Shown here piece after piece: positions 43,822 to 55,944 of a DNA stretch of 64,000 nucleotides. The position numbers and the translations under genes are program-made. Below the pieces are notes generated by a model. The model did not search any database. It was not told the DNA's origin and was given only the letters and a program-made list of their open reading frames with translations. Origin of the DNA: Macrostomum lignano (Eukaryota); the NCBI GenBank assembly GCA_002269645.1, contig NIVC01003340.1:39287-103286 (forward strand), written 5' to 3'. Positions within the stretch are counted from its first letter, which is position 1. Every line of letters starts with the position of its first letter.

Positions 43822-44413
43822 GTGAAAAGTAGCGACAAGTGGCGTTGTAAAAGTTATTAAATAGGCGGGGTTAGAGGGGAGAGAGTAGACAGGTGGATAG
43901 AGAGCGTACGGTAAGTATGTACACTTGGTGTGAGTCGATAAAACACTATTAGAGTTGAAAATGCAAAATAAAAAACAGTGCACAAATAAAGTGAAACGCA
44001 CGTGGGCTGCAGCGACCCTACACGCGAAATAAATATTGGAGCGGTGCAACTGCACTGGTGTCTCCAAGAGTGACTTGGAAAGAGTGACTTGGAAAGAGTG
44101 ACTCCAAGCTCTTAAGAAAATGGACCTCAATAAATAAATGAATAAGGTGAAAAGGCCCTCAAAAACTGAAAAAAGAGCAATTGTCCGATAAGCAAAAGAG
44201 TAACAGTGAAAAGTGTAATAAAAAAGTACAGGGTGTCAAAAAACAATAGAAATGTAGATGCAGGATAAATGCTGAGAATATACAAAAGCTGACCTTGGAC
44301 TAGCGATGAGAATAAAAAAATTTCTAAGAAATGAGCAATAAAAGGCTAGGTAGGTACAAGCACGGTCTGACAAAGCTAAGTAGCAAGGAAGGTAAAAAAT
44401 CAAAAGAAAAAAA

Positions 44414-46392
44414 TCAATCAGTGGTGGACTCCAGTCGACTGGGACAGAGCAGCTGCCAGAGGTTCCGCCCTTTGGTGTAGGAGGGCAGCACCGGGGCCTC
44501 ACAGTGCCGGGCCACGCGGTCCTTCACCGCGGCCACCAGGGCGTCCGAACTCGCACAATGGGGCAGGATCAGCGGGATGGCCGGGTTATGCAGCGTGTCG
44601 GCAAGCTCGTTGACGCCGTGCGGGGCTCGAGTCTTTAACAACTCGATGAGCTTGGCCTCGTGGCGCTGCCGCCGCTCGTTTGCTCTGGGTCCCGTGCCGT
44701 CACGTGACCAGATGCCGGTGAAGGCGAAGTCCGCCAGACTGTGGCCATCACTGGTGAAATGGCGGGCCACCGGAGTGTAACGGGCGTGCCGGATGTCGCC
44801 GATGTGCGCCAGCATGCGGCCGCGGATGCTGTTAGCGGTCTCGCCTACGTAGACCGTGTGGTCGCACCGGCGGCAGAACACGGCGTAGACGGCGTTGGTG
44901 GCGTTGCAGTCGATCCGCTGACTGATGATGAGCTGGACTGTCGTGGCGCTGCTGATCCGGGGCAGAAGGAGGCGAACCTGGCGTGTGTCTGGCAGCACCT
45001 GCACAGCCGGGTCGGGTTGCACGGCAGAAAGCCGAATTCCCACCGTCTCGTCGGGTAGAAGCCCAGCTCCGTCAGCATCTCGTACTTAATCGTGCGCAGG
45101 AACCGCCGATTGTAGCCCTGGTGTTGCACCAGACTCGAAAACAGCCCAGTGCACACTGCGTCAAAATCGGCCATCCGGAAACACCGCCGGGCGTATCTGA
45201 GGAGCTGGGACTTCACCACGCCCCGGAACGTCCGCTTCGGGTGGAAAGAGTCGCGGTGAATGAGCGTTCGGCTGTCAGTCGGCTTGAAATTCACCTTAGT
45301 TGCCAAGCGCTTAACGTCGCCCTCGCGGACCCAGAAGACGGTGGTGTCCAAAAAGGCCACCTCCGTGCTGCTGTAGTTGAGTTGCAGTCTAATATTCGGG
45401 TCAAGGTCATCAAGGAGTCCGTGGAAGCGGATCAATTCGTCTTCCGTCCCGCGCCACACGCCGAAGATATCATCAATGTAGCGGAGCCACAGGGCGGGTT
45501 TCTGCGGGCTGACCGCCAGGCCGTGCTGCTCCCAGTAGCCCATGTAAATGTTGCTGTAGCTGGGCGCAAACGACTTTCCCATGGCCGTGCCTTTGACCTG
45601 CAGGAAGTATAGCTGCCATTAAATCCGAAGTCGTTGCGCTCCAGGTTCAGCTTGAGCAGACTGAGGAGGCTGGCATCCGGGCGCTGGTTGTCCGGGTGCT
45701 CCCTAAATGCTCTCCGCACGCACTCGAGGCCGGCTTTCTGTCGGGATGTTGGTGTACAGGCTGGCGACGTCCATGGTGAACAGGAAGGACTCCTCGGACG
45801 CCGCACAGGCGATCCCGCGGATGGCGGCCTGGAAGTGGTCAGTGTCCCTGATGAAGCTGGGCAGCTGGATGACGATCGGCTGCAGGAAGCTGTCGATGAA
45901 GCGGCCGCTGGCGTAAGACTCGCTGTCCACGTCAGACACGATGGGCCGGCCCGGAGGAATGTCGCCGAGCGGCCACGACTCGACGGGCTTGTGGATCTTC
46001 GGCAGGATGTAGAAGCACCGCGTGCGGAACCCCTCCTTCGGGCAGAAGGCGTTGAACTGGCGCCGATCGATGATCCTTCGGTCCAGCAGCGATCTGAAGA
46101 CGCCGCGGATCATCTGGGCTGTGAAGCGGCTGATCGGTGCGCTCAGAGGTCGGTAAAACAGCGGGTCTTCCAGCTGACGCAGGCATTCACGGACATAGTC
46201 CTGCCGGTCCAGGATGACCAGCTGGCTGCCCTTGTCGGCCGGCTTGATGACGATGGACTTGTCTGCCCGCAGATCTCGCAGTGCCTTTGCCTCCGCCTGG
46301 CTGATGTTTGGAGCGTTCCTGCAGTCCCGGATGTTCTCCCTGACGTCGTCCAGCTCCACCAGAGCGGCTTGAATTTCGGGCCGGAGGCCCGC
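44414..46392 (-). CDS. PLE reverse transcriptase + GIY-YIG endonuclease, broken by three 1-bp frameshifts (~45736, ~45610, ~44960)
   Basis: RT motifs: IVIKPADKGSQLVILD, FYILPKIHK, PPGRPIVS, LFTMDVASLYTNIP, GTAMGKSFAPSYSNIYM, WLRYIDDIFGVW, VAFLDT, KPTDSRTLIHRDSFHP. Linker: GFLPCNPTRLCRCC. Endonuclease: CNATNAVYAVFCRRCDHTVYVGET...RMLAH. Confidence 0.93.
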
Positions 46393-46930
46393 TCAGTTTT
46401 TTGGAAGGTCGCCCGCCGTCTCCAGGGCGACGGCGAACGCCCCATCAGCAGACTGTCGCTCCAGGCTGATCTGGTCCCGTCGGAATGCCAGGTCCTTGGT
46501 GTCCAGCAAGATCAGGCTGACAGATCGGTAGCTGCTCAGGAGCTGGTTCGTCTTGCGACAGTTATTCTTCTGGAGCGCCGGCGCATCGGGTGGGCACACG
46601 GTCTGCACCACCCAGATTGACGCACCGGGGAAAGCCTTCCTGATGTTGGTCAGGCTCATCTTCCAGAGCTTGGCGATGGAGAAGTCGAAGCTCTCACGGT
46701 GGAGGTCGTTGTTGCCGGCCCAGACGATGACGCGGCCCGTGTCGGGACTCGCATTCTCCACCTTGCTGATGTTCTTCAGGTAGTCCAGCGTGAGGCCCGG
46801 GAAGCAGTGCACCTCCAGGTCTGGCGAGGCCAGCTTCACGAATTCCACGTTTTGGTCAGCGATCACCAGGGTGGGCTTCTGCTTCGACCTCAGCTTCCAG
46901 TGCTTCTTGGCTCCGTGGTGGTAGATGATA
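46393..46930 (-). CDS. SGNH/GDSL esterase-like ORF1 of the PLE (5'-truncated, catalytic Ser and His absent)
   Basis: TLVIADQN (block I; GDS replaced by ADQ), VHCFPGLT (block II), VIVWAGNNDL (block III GxND), FRRDQISL (block V; DxxH lacks His). Confidence 0.75.
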
Positions 46931-47330
<400 letters not shown>

Positions 47331-47794
47331 TCTCAGAGACACATTACCTTTCATTCTCAACCAATACACATGAATTCAGGGATAATGTTGCCCGACAAAA
47401 ACTTGGCGACTTTCGAGTCGCAGCAGCCCGAGTTTTCGAGTTTCGAATGACAATTTTTCTTCCCCTTAAAAGAATGCAAAAATTATGCCTATTAAGCAGA
47501 ATTAGGGTTGATTTCCGGCTGTTTTTCTCAGAGAAATGCGCGCGGCCCTGTCCATTTATTATCTGATGCAATGAAGCGCAATGCTGGAGTTCTTAGACCA
47601 AAGCAGGATATCAGATGGTATTTTAATCACTTATTTGCGCTGTCACGGGGCATTAGCTGGCTCAGCGGTTGTCTCTGCTGACCCTGTTGTTTTGTACTTT
47701 AGAAGCCACAGAAATTCTCAGAAATTTTTATACCCTCAAATCTTTGTTCTGACACTAAAGTTTCTACTCTCCTACTGCAGATAATTTACTAGGT

Positions 47795-48720
47795 AGCGAG
47801 AAGACTCTGAGTAGGGAAGAGTAGACTTTGAGTATCTGGGAGATTAGCCTCTGAGTAGGGAATAGTAGACTCTGAGAAGGGAAGAGTAGACTCTGAATAT
47901 CTGAGAGAGTAGACTCTGAGTAGGAAAAAGTAGACTCTGAGTAGGGAAGAGTAGACTCTGAGTATGGAAGAGTAGAATCTGAGTAGGGAAGAGTAGACTC
48001 TGAGTAGGGAAGAGTAGACTCTGAGTATCTGGGAGAGTTAGCCTCTGAGTATGGAAGAGTAGACTCTGAGTAGGAAAGAGTAGACTCTGAGTAGGGAAAA
48101 GTAGACTCTGAGTATCTGAGAGAGTAGACTCTGAGTAGGAAAGAGTAGACTCTGAGTAGGGAAGAGTAGACTCTGAGTAGGGAAGAGTAGACTCTGAGTA
48201 GGGAAGAGTAGACTCTGAGTAGGGAAGAGTAGACTCTGAGTAGGCAAGAGTAGACTCTGAGTAGGGAAGAGTAGACTCTGAGTAGGGAAGAGTAGACTCT
48301 GAGTAGGGAAAAGTAGACTCTGAGTATCTGAGAGAGTAGACTCTGAGTAGGAAAGAGTAGACTCTGAGTAGGGAAGAGTAGACTCTGAGTAGGGAAGAGT
48401 AGACTCTGAGTAGGGAAGAGTAGACTCTGAGTAGGCAAGAGTAGACTCTGAGTAGGGAAGAGTAGACTCTGAGTAGGGAAGAGTAGACTCTGAGTAGGGA
48501 AGAGTAGACTCTGAGTAGGGAAGAGTAGACTCTGAGTATCTGGGAGAGTAGACTCTAAGTATCTGGGAGAGTAGACTCTTGAGTATCTGTGGAGAGCAAA
48601 GTCTGAGTAGGGAAGTTTAGACTTTAAGTTGTCCCACTCCGAAAAATGTGGGAGAGTAGACTCTAAGTAGGGAAGAGTAGACTCTGAGTATGTGGGAGAG
48701 TAGACTCCGAGTAAGAGTAG
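47795..48720. repeat. 21-bp minisatellite (~42 copies)
   Basis: Unit GAGTAGACTCTGAGTAGGGAA. Confidence 0.97.
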
Positions 48721-49065
48721 GGATGAGTATGTCTTTTCTATACAATGTTTTAGCCTGTTGTTCTAGGTGTAAAATACTAAAGATGGAATGCGAGTTGGGT
48801 TAATGAAGGACTCAGTCTCTCTATTGACTCCGATTGGCTGCAAACACAGCACGGACCTGTAAGCCTACAGAGTGAACAAAGTTATAGTGTTAGAATATTT
48901 GCCCACCTGTCCCAAACCAGGAGATGGAGAGGCCCAGAATCGAGTCATAAATCTCTGCTGGCATGCAAATCGCCCCCTCTCCTTCGAACTTGACCAGCAC
49001 TTGACTTGACAGCCAAAACCTACGCTGGACTCCACCTCAATAATCGATTCCAGTCTGCCCAGCCA

Positions 49066-49258
49066 ATGAGTCTGCCCTGCCCAGACACTTCAGCGGCGGC
49101 GGCGGCGGTGGCGGCGGCGGCTGAGGCTGCCGACCAGCTGACGACAGCGAGGGGTGGTTACGCCATCAAGCAGCACCGGAGGGAGCAGAGAAGCCTGTCG
49201 AGGAGAAACGAATCGACAACTCAACAGATGAATTCGAAGTCTCAGGAGACACCTGATG
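49066..49258 (+). CDS. Probable first coding exon of the DEG/ENaC channel gene
   Basis: MSLPCPDTSAAAAAVAAAAEAADQ...TPD is 193 nt and ends in phase 1 (G|GTGTGG), matching the phase-1 acceptor at 51109. The channel exon has no Met before the HG motif. The donor is weak. Confidence 0.45.
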
Positions 49259-49651
49259 GTGTGGTGAGTCATTACAAGTTGGATCTTTGTGAATATTAAC
49301 AGTTGAAATCTCTAGAATGTAGGCTTACAATGCTAGCTACAATATTTAAGAGAGAAACATTCAAGATGTTGCTTTCAGAAACACAAGTGTTCTAAAAAAT
49401 CTTCCCATAGTACCAATACATCAACAATTTGAGACCGCACGGGATGACTTGCCATTCATCGTTATACTGAAAGACTTTCTGGACTTTCAATGCGAAAAAT
49501 TCGAAATGGAAGGCTGTCTTGAGTACAGAATACCAATATTTACCATCAAAAGCATTTTGATGAGAAGCGGCTGCGACGAAATGCTGCTTCCAATGTTGAA
49601 TTCTTAGACTTGACAGCAATTACCTGGCGTTTCAGCCTCGTCACTTGACTT

Positions 49652-50203
49652 CTAGCAACATCCAGCTTCCGATTCAGTTCTTGCCTTGTTGCAGGCTTTC
49701 TTCCTCTTGGTTGAGGATCGTGAAACGTAGCAGAAGCAAGGGTCTGGACGTACCGACACGCTTCGAACTAACGGTGGCTTTCGTTGTCGTTCAACAGGAG
49801 CGTCCTTGTAAAGGTTCAACGCAGGATATGCACTGCTTAAGAGGCCCGTTCCCGGCTCGTGACGTTGATTTGGGCAGGTGTACATATCGTCCCTGAAGTG
49901 TAAACTGCACACAACCGCTCTCTTCCATTTGTGTTCGTTTGCTTTTCCCAGAAGGTCTGCTTGAGACAATCGGCTAGCCCAGTCTTCGCAGCTGAAAGAT
50001 GTAAGAGAGTTTGAACGCTGAAGCGATCCTAAAATCGAATAAGAAAACTCACACTACCGGAACCAACTATGTGTTCTCTGAACTACGAGTACATACCTTG
50101 CACTGTCTCTAGAAGGAAATGCATGAAATCGCGTCAAAAGCGGGCACTTGTAGGCATAGGAATTGCAGCCATAAGCTGCGCACTGGGCTCGAGATATTGT
50201 CAT
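49652..50203 (-). CDS. THAP zinc-finger domain protein (possibly a decayed P-element-type transposase 5' end)
   Basis: Exon 50203-50097 reads MTISRAQCAAYGCNSY...RFHAFPSRDSA and ends at AG|GTATGT. The next exon starts at 49991 (TTTCAG|) and reads SCEDWASRL...VVCSLHF...SAYPAL. All C2CH ligands plus the conserved P, W, F and AVP-like motif are present. The downstream frame is unclear. Confidence 0.82.
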
Positions 50204-50735
50204 GATAACGCTACACTACTTTTCGCCGCAGAATAAAAGAATGTTCGTTGATCTACGTCGTTTGATTACTAAAAAACAAAAATCACAAGCCCATGCGAGT
50301 GATATTACGAGCTTATAACAACCTCAGCAGGTGGGATTATAAATGATTGTGCAGCTGGACGTCCTGCCATGACTTGCGAAATATTGTATATCTTAAGCAA
50401 TTCTAGGTTGGGAAATCTTGAGCAGTGTAAAAGATTGCTGCCTTCACCCCTCACTAAAACTTGCCCGAAAGTGTCTATGGCCTTTTAGCATGACGTGGCA
50501 TGACAAGTCAGCACGAATTTAAACCCTCCGTGACACGTTGGCGCGTATTCAAAAGTAAAAATAATTACGCGAAACAAACTACAACATTGCCATCTATGGT
50601 GATTCTTCTCCATACTACTTTCCCACAGCTTCACAGTAAGAGTAGCAAAAAGGGAAAAAAATTGCATTGAGATTTTTTCTTCAGGGTGGCTGAATGAGCA
50701 TTCCGTGATATTCTGTGGTCTTGAGAGTAGCTCTC

Positions 50736-50820
50736 TGTCGTAGCCTAGTGGTCTGGCGTGGCGCTTTGATGTACCAGCGGCCAAGGCTCGATTCCAAGTG
50801 CAGTCACATTAATTTGGGGC
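50736..50820 (+). mobile_element. tRNA(Glu)-like SINE relic
   Basis: A-box TAGCCTAGTGG, B-box-like GGCTCGATTCC, tail TCACATTAATTTGGGGC. Confidence 0.55.
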
Positions 50821-51108
50821 TAAATTGAAATCTCAGCTTGGCTCTGTTCGTGCAATTAACGCCCCTGGGAGGGACCCCCAAGGCACAGTGAAGTGTACAT
50901 GCCTAACGATAAATAGAGTTAGGGGCGCTGTACAGTCCTGTGTGTGTGCCTTGCTTACGAGCGTGTGACTGCGTGCGTATCACACAGCGGTGCACACAGC
51001 CCCCTGCCTCTAACTAAAAAAGCTCTAGGCAGAGATCTTCCAGACGCTGATGCTCTTCTGAGCTCTTTTAAACTCTAAACACGGTGGTAATTATTCGGGT
51101 GATTCCAG

Positions 51109-54100
51109 CAGATCCATTCACTCGCACCAACTCTCAGCAGTGCCAGCAGCAGTTCAACGAGTTTCACCAGCTTAAAAGTCAGCAAGCTCTGTTCCAAGCG
51201 TTTGCAAAGCACACCACAGCTCATGGCGTTGGACACCTGGCCTCCAGCGGCATCAGGCGAGCTGTGTGGACCTGCATCCTTCTGATGGCAACCGCTGGCT
51301 TTCTGGTGCACTTCAGTGAACTCGTCTCACGGTATCTGCAGTACCCGATCAACACCGAGATTGACGAGGAGGGGGCGGATTTTGAGATGCCGGATGTGAC
51401 CCTGTGCCCGAATGACTACGCCAGTCACTACTATGCGGTGAGAATCATGCATGAATTCGATTCTATTTATTGTACAAGCTGCTCGTCACTCAGTGCTTTA
51501 AAGCATTCCAGGAGGCGTCGTGGCGGTTGGTCCCTAATGGGCACGAGCCTTGCGTTAAGTTTTCCCACGAGTCCCAAATTGGCAGAATCTGACACTTTTC
51601 CGCTTTGCTACTCTACCCCATAATAGTTGAGAACTGTATCTAATTCTTTAGAGCTCTTTCAGTCAGCTATTATTTAACGAAGTATTGTATGTGAAAAAGG
51701 ACTAGTGTGGATGCTGACAGCACTATGGACAGTTCCCGGAGTGAGTTACCCTTATGGCTAGGGAGGGTGCGGCTGCAACTACGTCAACTTTTAGGTCATG
51801 CGATCCGTACTGATGTTACTCGTAATTATTTATTGATTCGTGATGAGAATAGCATCTCAGGAATTCTATGCAAGAGTTTATATTGCAGGGCCCATTTCGG
51901 ACGAAGCAATCGGACGATGTTTTTTGACCAACCAGTTGTGGATAAATGTGTCCAAATAATGACCTCTGACCGCTCCAGAACGTCAACATTGCCAACGAGT
52001 TCGGCACGAACCGGACACTGTACGAAATTCCATTCGACGTGGCCCGAGTTTGGCACCTATTGAAGAATCAGACAACCGACATGCCCCTGCATCCGTACAG
52101 CAGTTACTGGGACGCCAGACTGTCACTGAAACAGGTGGCCTACAGGTGAGTTAGCGGCTCTGATAGACGATATAAACATTCATGTGCTCGTACACATGCT
52201 GAATGTAAGCTGCACACGCCCTCCAGGAACGAGTCGTTCACCTCTGTTCATGAAATTATCGTGTACTGCCGGTACAACTCCATACCGTGCAACTATCGCA
52301 ACTTCACCGTCTACAAGGACAGCACGCTGTTTCTCTGCTTCACCTTCAAACCGGAGAGTCGACGACTGGTCCGCAGCGGCTCTGGTGGCGGTCTGAGTCT
52401 GGTGCTGTACAACTCAGCAGATAGTTTCTTGACTGAACGGGAGCAGCTGTTCCACCTGCCGGGGTTTTTAGTCTCTGTACATCCAGCCGGCACTGTGGCC
52501 GACTTTGAGAAGTCCGCATTTCTGGCTCCTCTGCGTCACGTGACCGTTGCCGAGCTGCGTATGCGGCACAACTACAAGGTCCGAATAAGTCTATAGTTCA
52601 AATGATAACTTAATTTATTTTACGTGGATAATAATTGATCTAAATAAATTAAGGCCATAAACATAGATCCAAGGCCATAAACTTTGATCTAAGGCTATAG
52701 ACATGGATTCAAGGCCATAGACATGAATCCAAGGCTATAGACATGGATTCAAGGCCATAGACATAAATCCAAGGCCATAGACATGGATTCAAGGCCATAT
52801 ACATGAATCCAAGGCCATAGACATGGATTCAAGGCCATAGACATGAATCCAAGGCCATAGACATAGATTCAAGGGCATAGACAGGTTCAAGGCCATAGAC
52901 ATCGATCCAAGGACATACCGGTAGACATGGATTCAAGGCCATAGACGAGCTTGGGGACGTTTAACCGGAGCATATGGGTAAGATTTGTGAGATCAATTCA
53001 GGCCAAAAGGCAAGTCCCACAGTAAGTCACAGTTTGTTGCACCCATAAAGTGAACCCGTAAATCTTCCTAGACAGAAGCCAAAGAGTACTTTGAAGTTTT
53101 TTTAAGGTGGTGAAATCATTGTGACGCAAAAACTCTGCAGGTCGATCGCACTGACCAGCCGTGCACAGCGTCGAGGCCTCCTGCTAATTATGTAACAGAT
53201 TTCTCGCGACCCTGGGAACCAGCGAAGACTCAGCAGTTTGGCACCACCCAGGAGGACTGCCTCCAGCGTGTCAGACAGGCCGAGTTTGTTGCTCAGTGCA
53301 ACTGCTTCGCCGATCACATTTTGGTGACGAAGGACGTCTTCGATCGGGTCAGGCCGTGCCACGAACTGCCCGAGGAAGTGTTCTTCAGGTCTGTGGCCCA
53401 GCGGTGGCTTTTTATATAATGTCTTCATTTTGCTTCGATATGATACAAGTAGACTTCTGTATTTAAATTCCAGGGACATTTATGTAGCCTTCTCAGCGTC
53501 AGAGCACTCCGCCTGGTTCTACTACACAATTAGCAACGCGTCCGGCATCTACGTCAGACTGGACGACTTCATCTTCCGCGAGCATTGGTCCGAATTCAAA
53601 CGGCCACGGGCCAACATCCGCTGCTTCTACGACGTCAAGAATCGGCAAGACACCATCGGAATTGAGTGAGACGGGGCAGCGTTTATATATTTTTATAAGA
53701 ACGGGACCTAAACAAGGCGTAGAAATATTAGAAATTCTCTTAGTCTACTTAGAAAGTAGTATGAAGAGTAGCATTTTAACTGCCTTATCTGATGCCGAAT
53801 CGGTTCACGGTCTTTTGTTACTTTATTGTCCAAAGTCTATACGACTACGAGCGTATTCTTTAGTGTGTACAATTGAAAAAAAATAAGGTGCAAAAGTTAA
53901 AAATCTGATAACTAAACGTATTCCCTAACAGAGCGTCCAGCTGCTATGAAGAGTGCATACAGAAAAAGTACACATTCGCCACCGTCTCCTATGGTTGGCC
54001 ATCGAACCGATCGTTGTGGTCGACAACCACAGGCTCCCCACTGGAAGCTGTCCGGCTCTACATCAAACAGCGGCTAGACGAGTTGAATTCGCCCGTTTGG

Positions 54101-54787
54101 CGGAAGGCGCTGGAAAATTTAAACAACGAACTGAATGAAAACTACGCAGTGCTGGACATTCACCCGCCATCGATCCGGAGCTCCGTCTATAGGGAAGACT
54201 TCGCCTTCCCGTTGAGAAATCTGTTCAGCGACTTTGGAGGCATTCTGGGTAAGCGGGTCGAATGGTTTGAGACTTGAGATATCAGAGAAAAAACAACCAA
54301 AATCTAAAAAGTTTCGAGGATGTAACGAAACGATGAACCGCAACCTCTATTCCAATATCGTCAAGGCCTCTGGATCGGCATCAGCGTCATTACGGTCGTA
54401 GAGTTCCTCGAATACGCCGCTCTGTCGTTCTGGTTGCTACGGAAGCGGCTGCGACAGTTGCGCCAGGAGCGCCGACAGCGCAACGGAAGCCAGACGTCGC
54501 GAATGCGACAGCCGGAGATTGCGATCGTTTCTACCGCGCTGGACTATCGCAGTCAGTTTCAGCAGCAGCAGCAGCAGCAGCAGCAGAAATGGACATTCGG
54601 AACCGATTGCGAAACTAAGGAGGAGAGGAAGAGGACCAATTTTAGCACAGTCTACGTCGATCTTTTCCCGAGGCGGAACTCGGTGGAGCAAGACGCCACT
54701 GCTTGTGATGCCCAAGCTAAAGGGGATTCATCCTTGAATGCAATCCAGCACAAGGAAGCGTGGATACAGAAGCTGTTTGGCATCTGA
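51109..54787 (+). CDS. DEG/ENaC-family ion channel, FaNaC-like
   Basis: Exons 51109-51437, 51979-52145, 52227-52578, 53141-53388, 53474-53665, 53932-54248 and 54366-54787, all phase-consistent. Motifs: TTAHG, TM1, MPDVTLCP, LCFTF, GGGLSLVL, GFLVSVHP, CNC thumb, CYEEC...YGWPS, LFSDFGGILGLWIGISVITVVEFLE (GIS filter). Confidence 0.93.
52655..52945. repeat. 20-bp minisatellite (~13 copies) in a channel intron
   Basis: Unit CAAGGCCATAGACATGGATT. Confidence 0.95.
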
Positions 54788-55944
54788 ACTAGATGCTTGA
54801 ATTAATATAGACTAGGCGACTGCAACGCTCTTTAAGAATTTTACTCTTTTAAATCGTTGAACCAAACGTTTCTACTAAACGATCTTGCTACGAGCGTATT
54901 GAGTATTTTACAATCAAGAAAGGCTGTTCAAACAAAAAAACTAACTTATACTGCGCTTTTTAAGCACTACAATACTGTATAATCTAGATAGCAGCGCCAT
55001 CTGCTCGTTGTTTTTTGTGTCTGTTAAATGAAAGGCGTCTTATTTTTGTTTTACTTTCCATAAAAAACTTATATTTTCAGTGCGAGTAACCCATCAATGA
55101 TAAAACCGATTTAACAAAAAATCAAGCTTTTGACTTTCTGCTTTGCCCAACTGATTGAGTGCACGAAAACGGGTTGCAAATACTGTACGAGGCGGTACTC
55201 AGGACTCCATTAATTTCTGGTGGAGAATTATGCATAAGCCACAGACTCTCCGCTTTCTGAATTACTTTCTGATTTATAAATTATTAATTAGTTAGTAGAC
55301 CTACTCGGTGCTTTCGTTTCGCCATTTCTAGTAGATATCAATAATCTGAAGACTAATTTAATATTTAGGTAAATGCAGCTATGCCAGATGTTTCAGTTTT
55401 CCTCTAAATATTGAAACTTCTAATTTGCTTCTATGTGAGACAGTTTGAACTCTGGCTAGGGCAGCAGTTTTATTGTGCACACATTGCCCCTGTCAGGACT
55501 CTGCGCACATCCACATAAAATGCCGACGTAGCAACTTTTACTGAATAAGGAAACGCGATGACTCATCAGTTAGGATGGCTAGCGGAGATGGCGGTTTAGA
55601 GAGAGGAGAACCTGGAGGACGCCTCTTCACAACTACAATGAGCACGGGTAGGACTCAGCAGGGCCTCGCCCTTGTCTTCTCTGCTCCCTTATCATTCAGG
55701 AGCAGGTAATCTATGGAGTGACCAGTGCATAATTAACGAATCTGATCGCCGATGAATATTTAATGAGCTTCAGTGCGGTTAAGACAGCCGGATCCAGATT
55801 GTCAAAGCTTCCTGAATCGCTGGATACTCATCCACTCTTCTCTGCATCTGAAAACGCCTCAACAACCAAAGGAAGCTGCACATCAACGATTTCTAAAATT
55901 GCCATATCAGCAGACAAACTTTCGCTGCTTTTGTGGCAATCGAA

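Larger units (their letters stand above)
43711..46930 (-). mobile_element. 5'-truncated Penelope-like retroelement (C-terminal GIY-YIG type, Neptune/Nematis-like) with an upstream SGNH ORF and 3' hammerhead
   Basis: Domain order on the minus strand is SGNH-like ORF, PLE-type RT, Cys-rich linker, GIY-YIG endonuclease, T-rich 3'UTR, hammerhead A and a ~70-nt tail ending at (TC)n. Confidence 0.92.

Noticed and set aside
44983-46620. Long plus-strand ORFs over the retroelement (209 aa, 328 aa)
   Set aside because: These are antisense shadows of GC-rich RT coding sequence with no recognisable motifs.
47764-48438. PTQSLLF / LLRVYSS ORFs
   Set aside because: Translations of the 21-bp array.
50736-50820. 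Functional tRNA gene (also at 895, 20451, 58930, 60941)
   Set aside because: Degenerate boxes and no complete cloverleaf or acceptor stem; treated as SINE relics.
55558-55566. Perfect AP-1/GCN4 site ATGACTCAT upstream of ADGRV1
   Set aside because: A single 9-mer can arise by chance in a window this size, and there is no other support.
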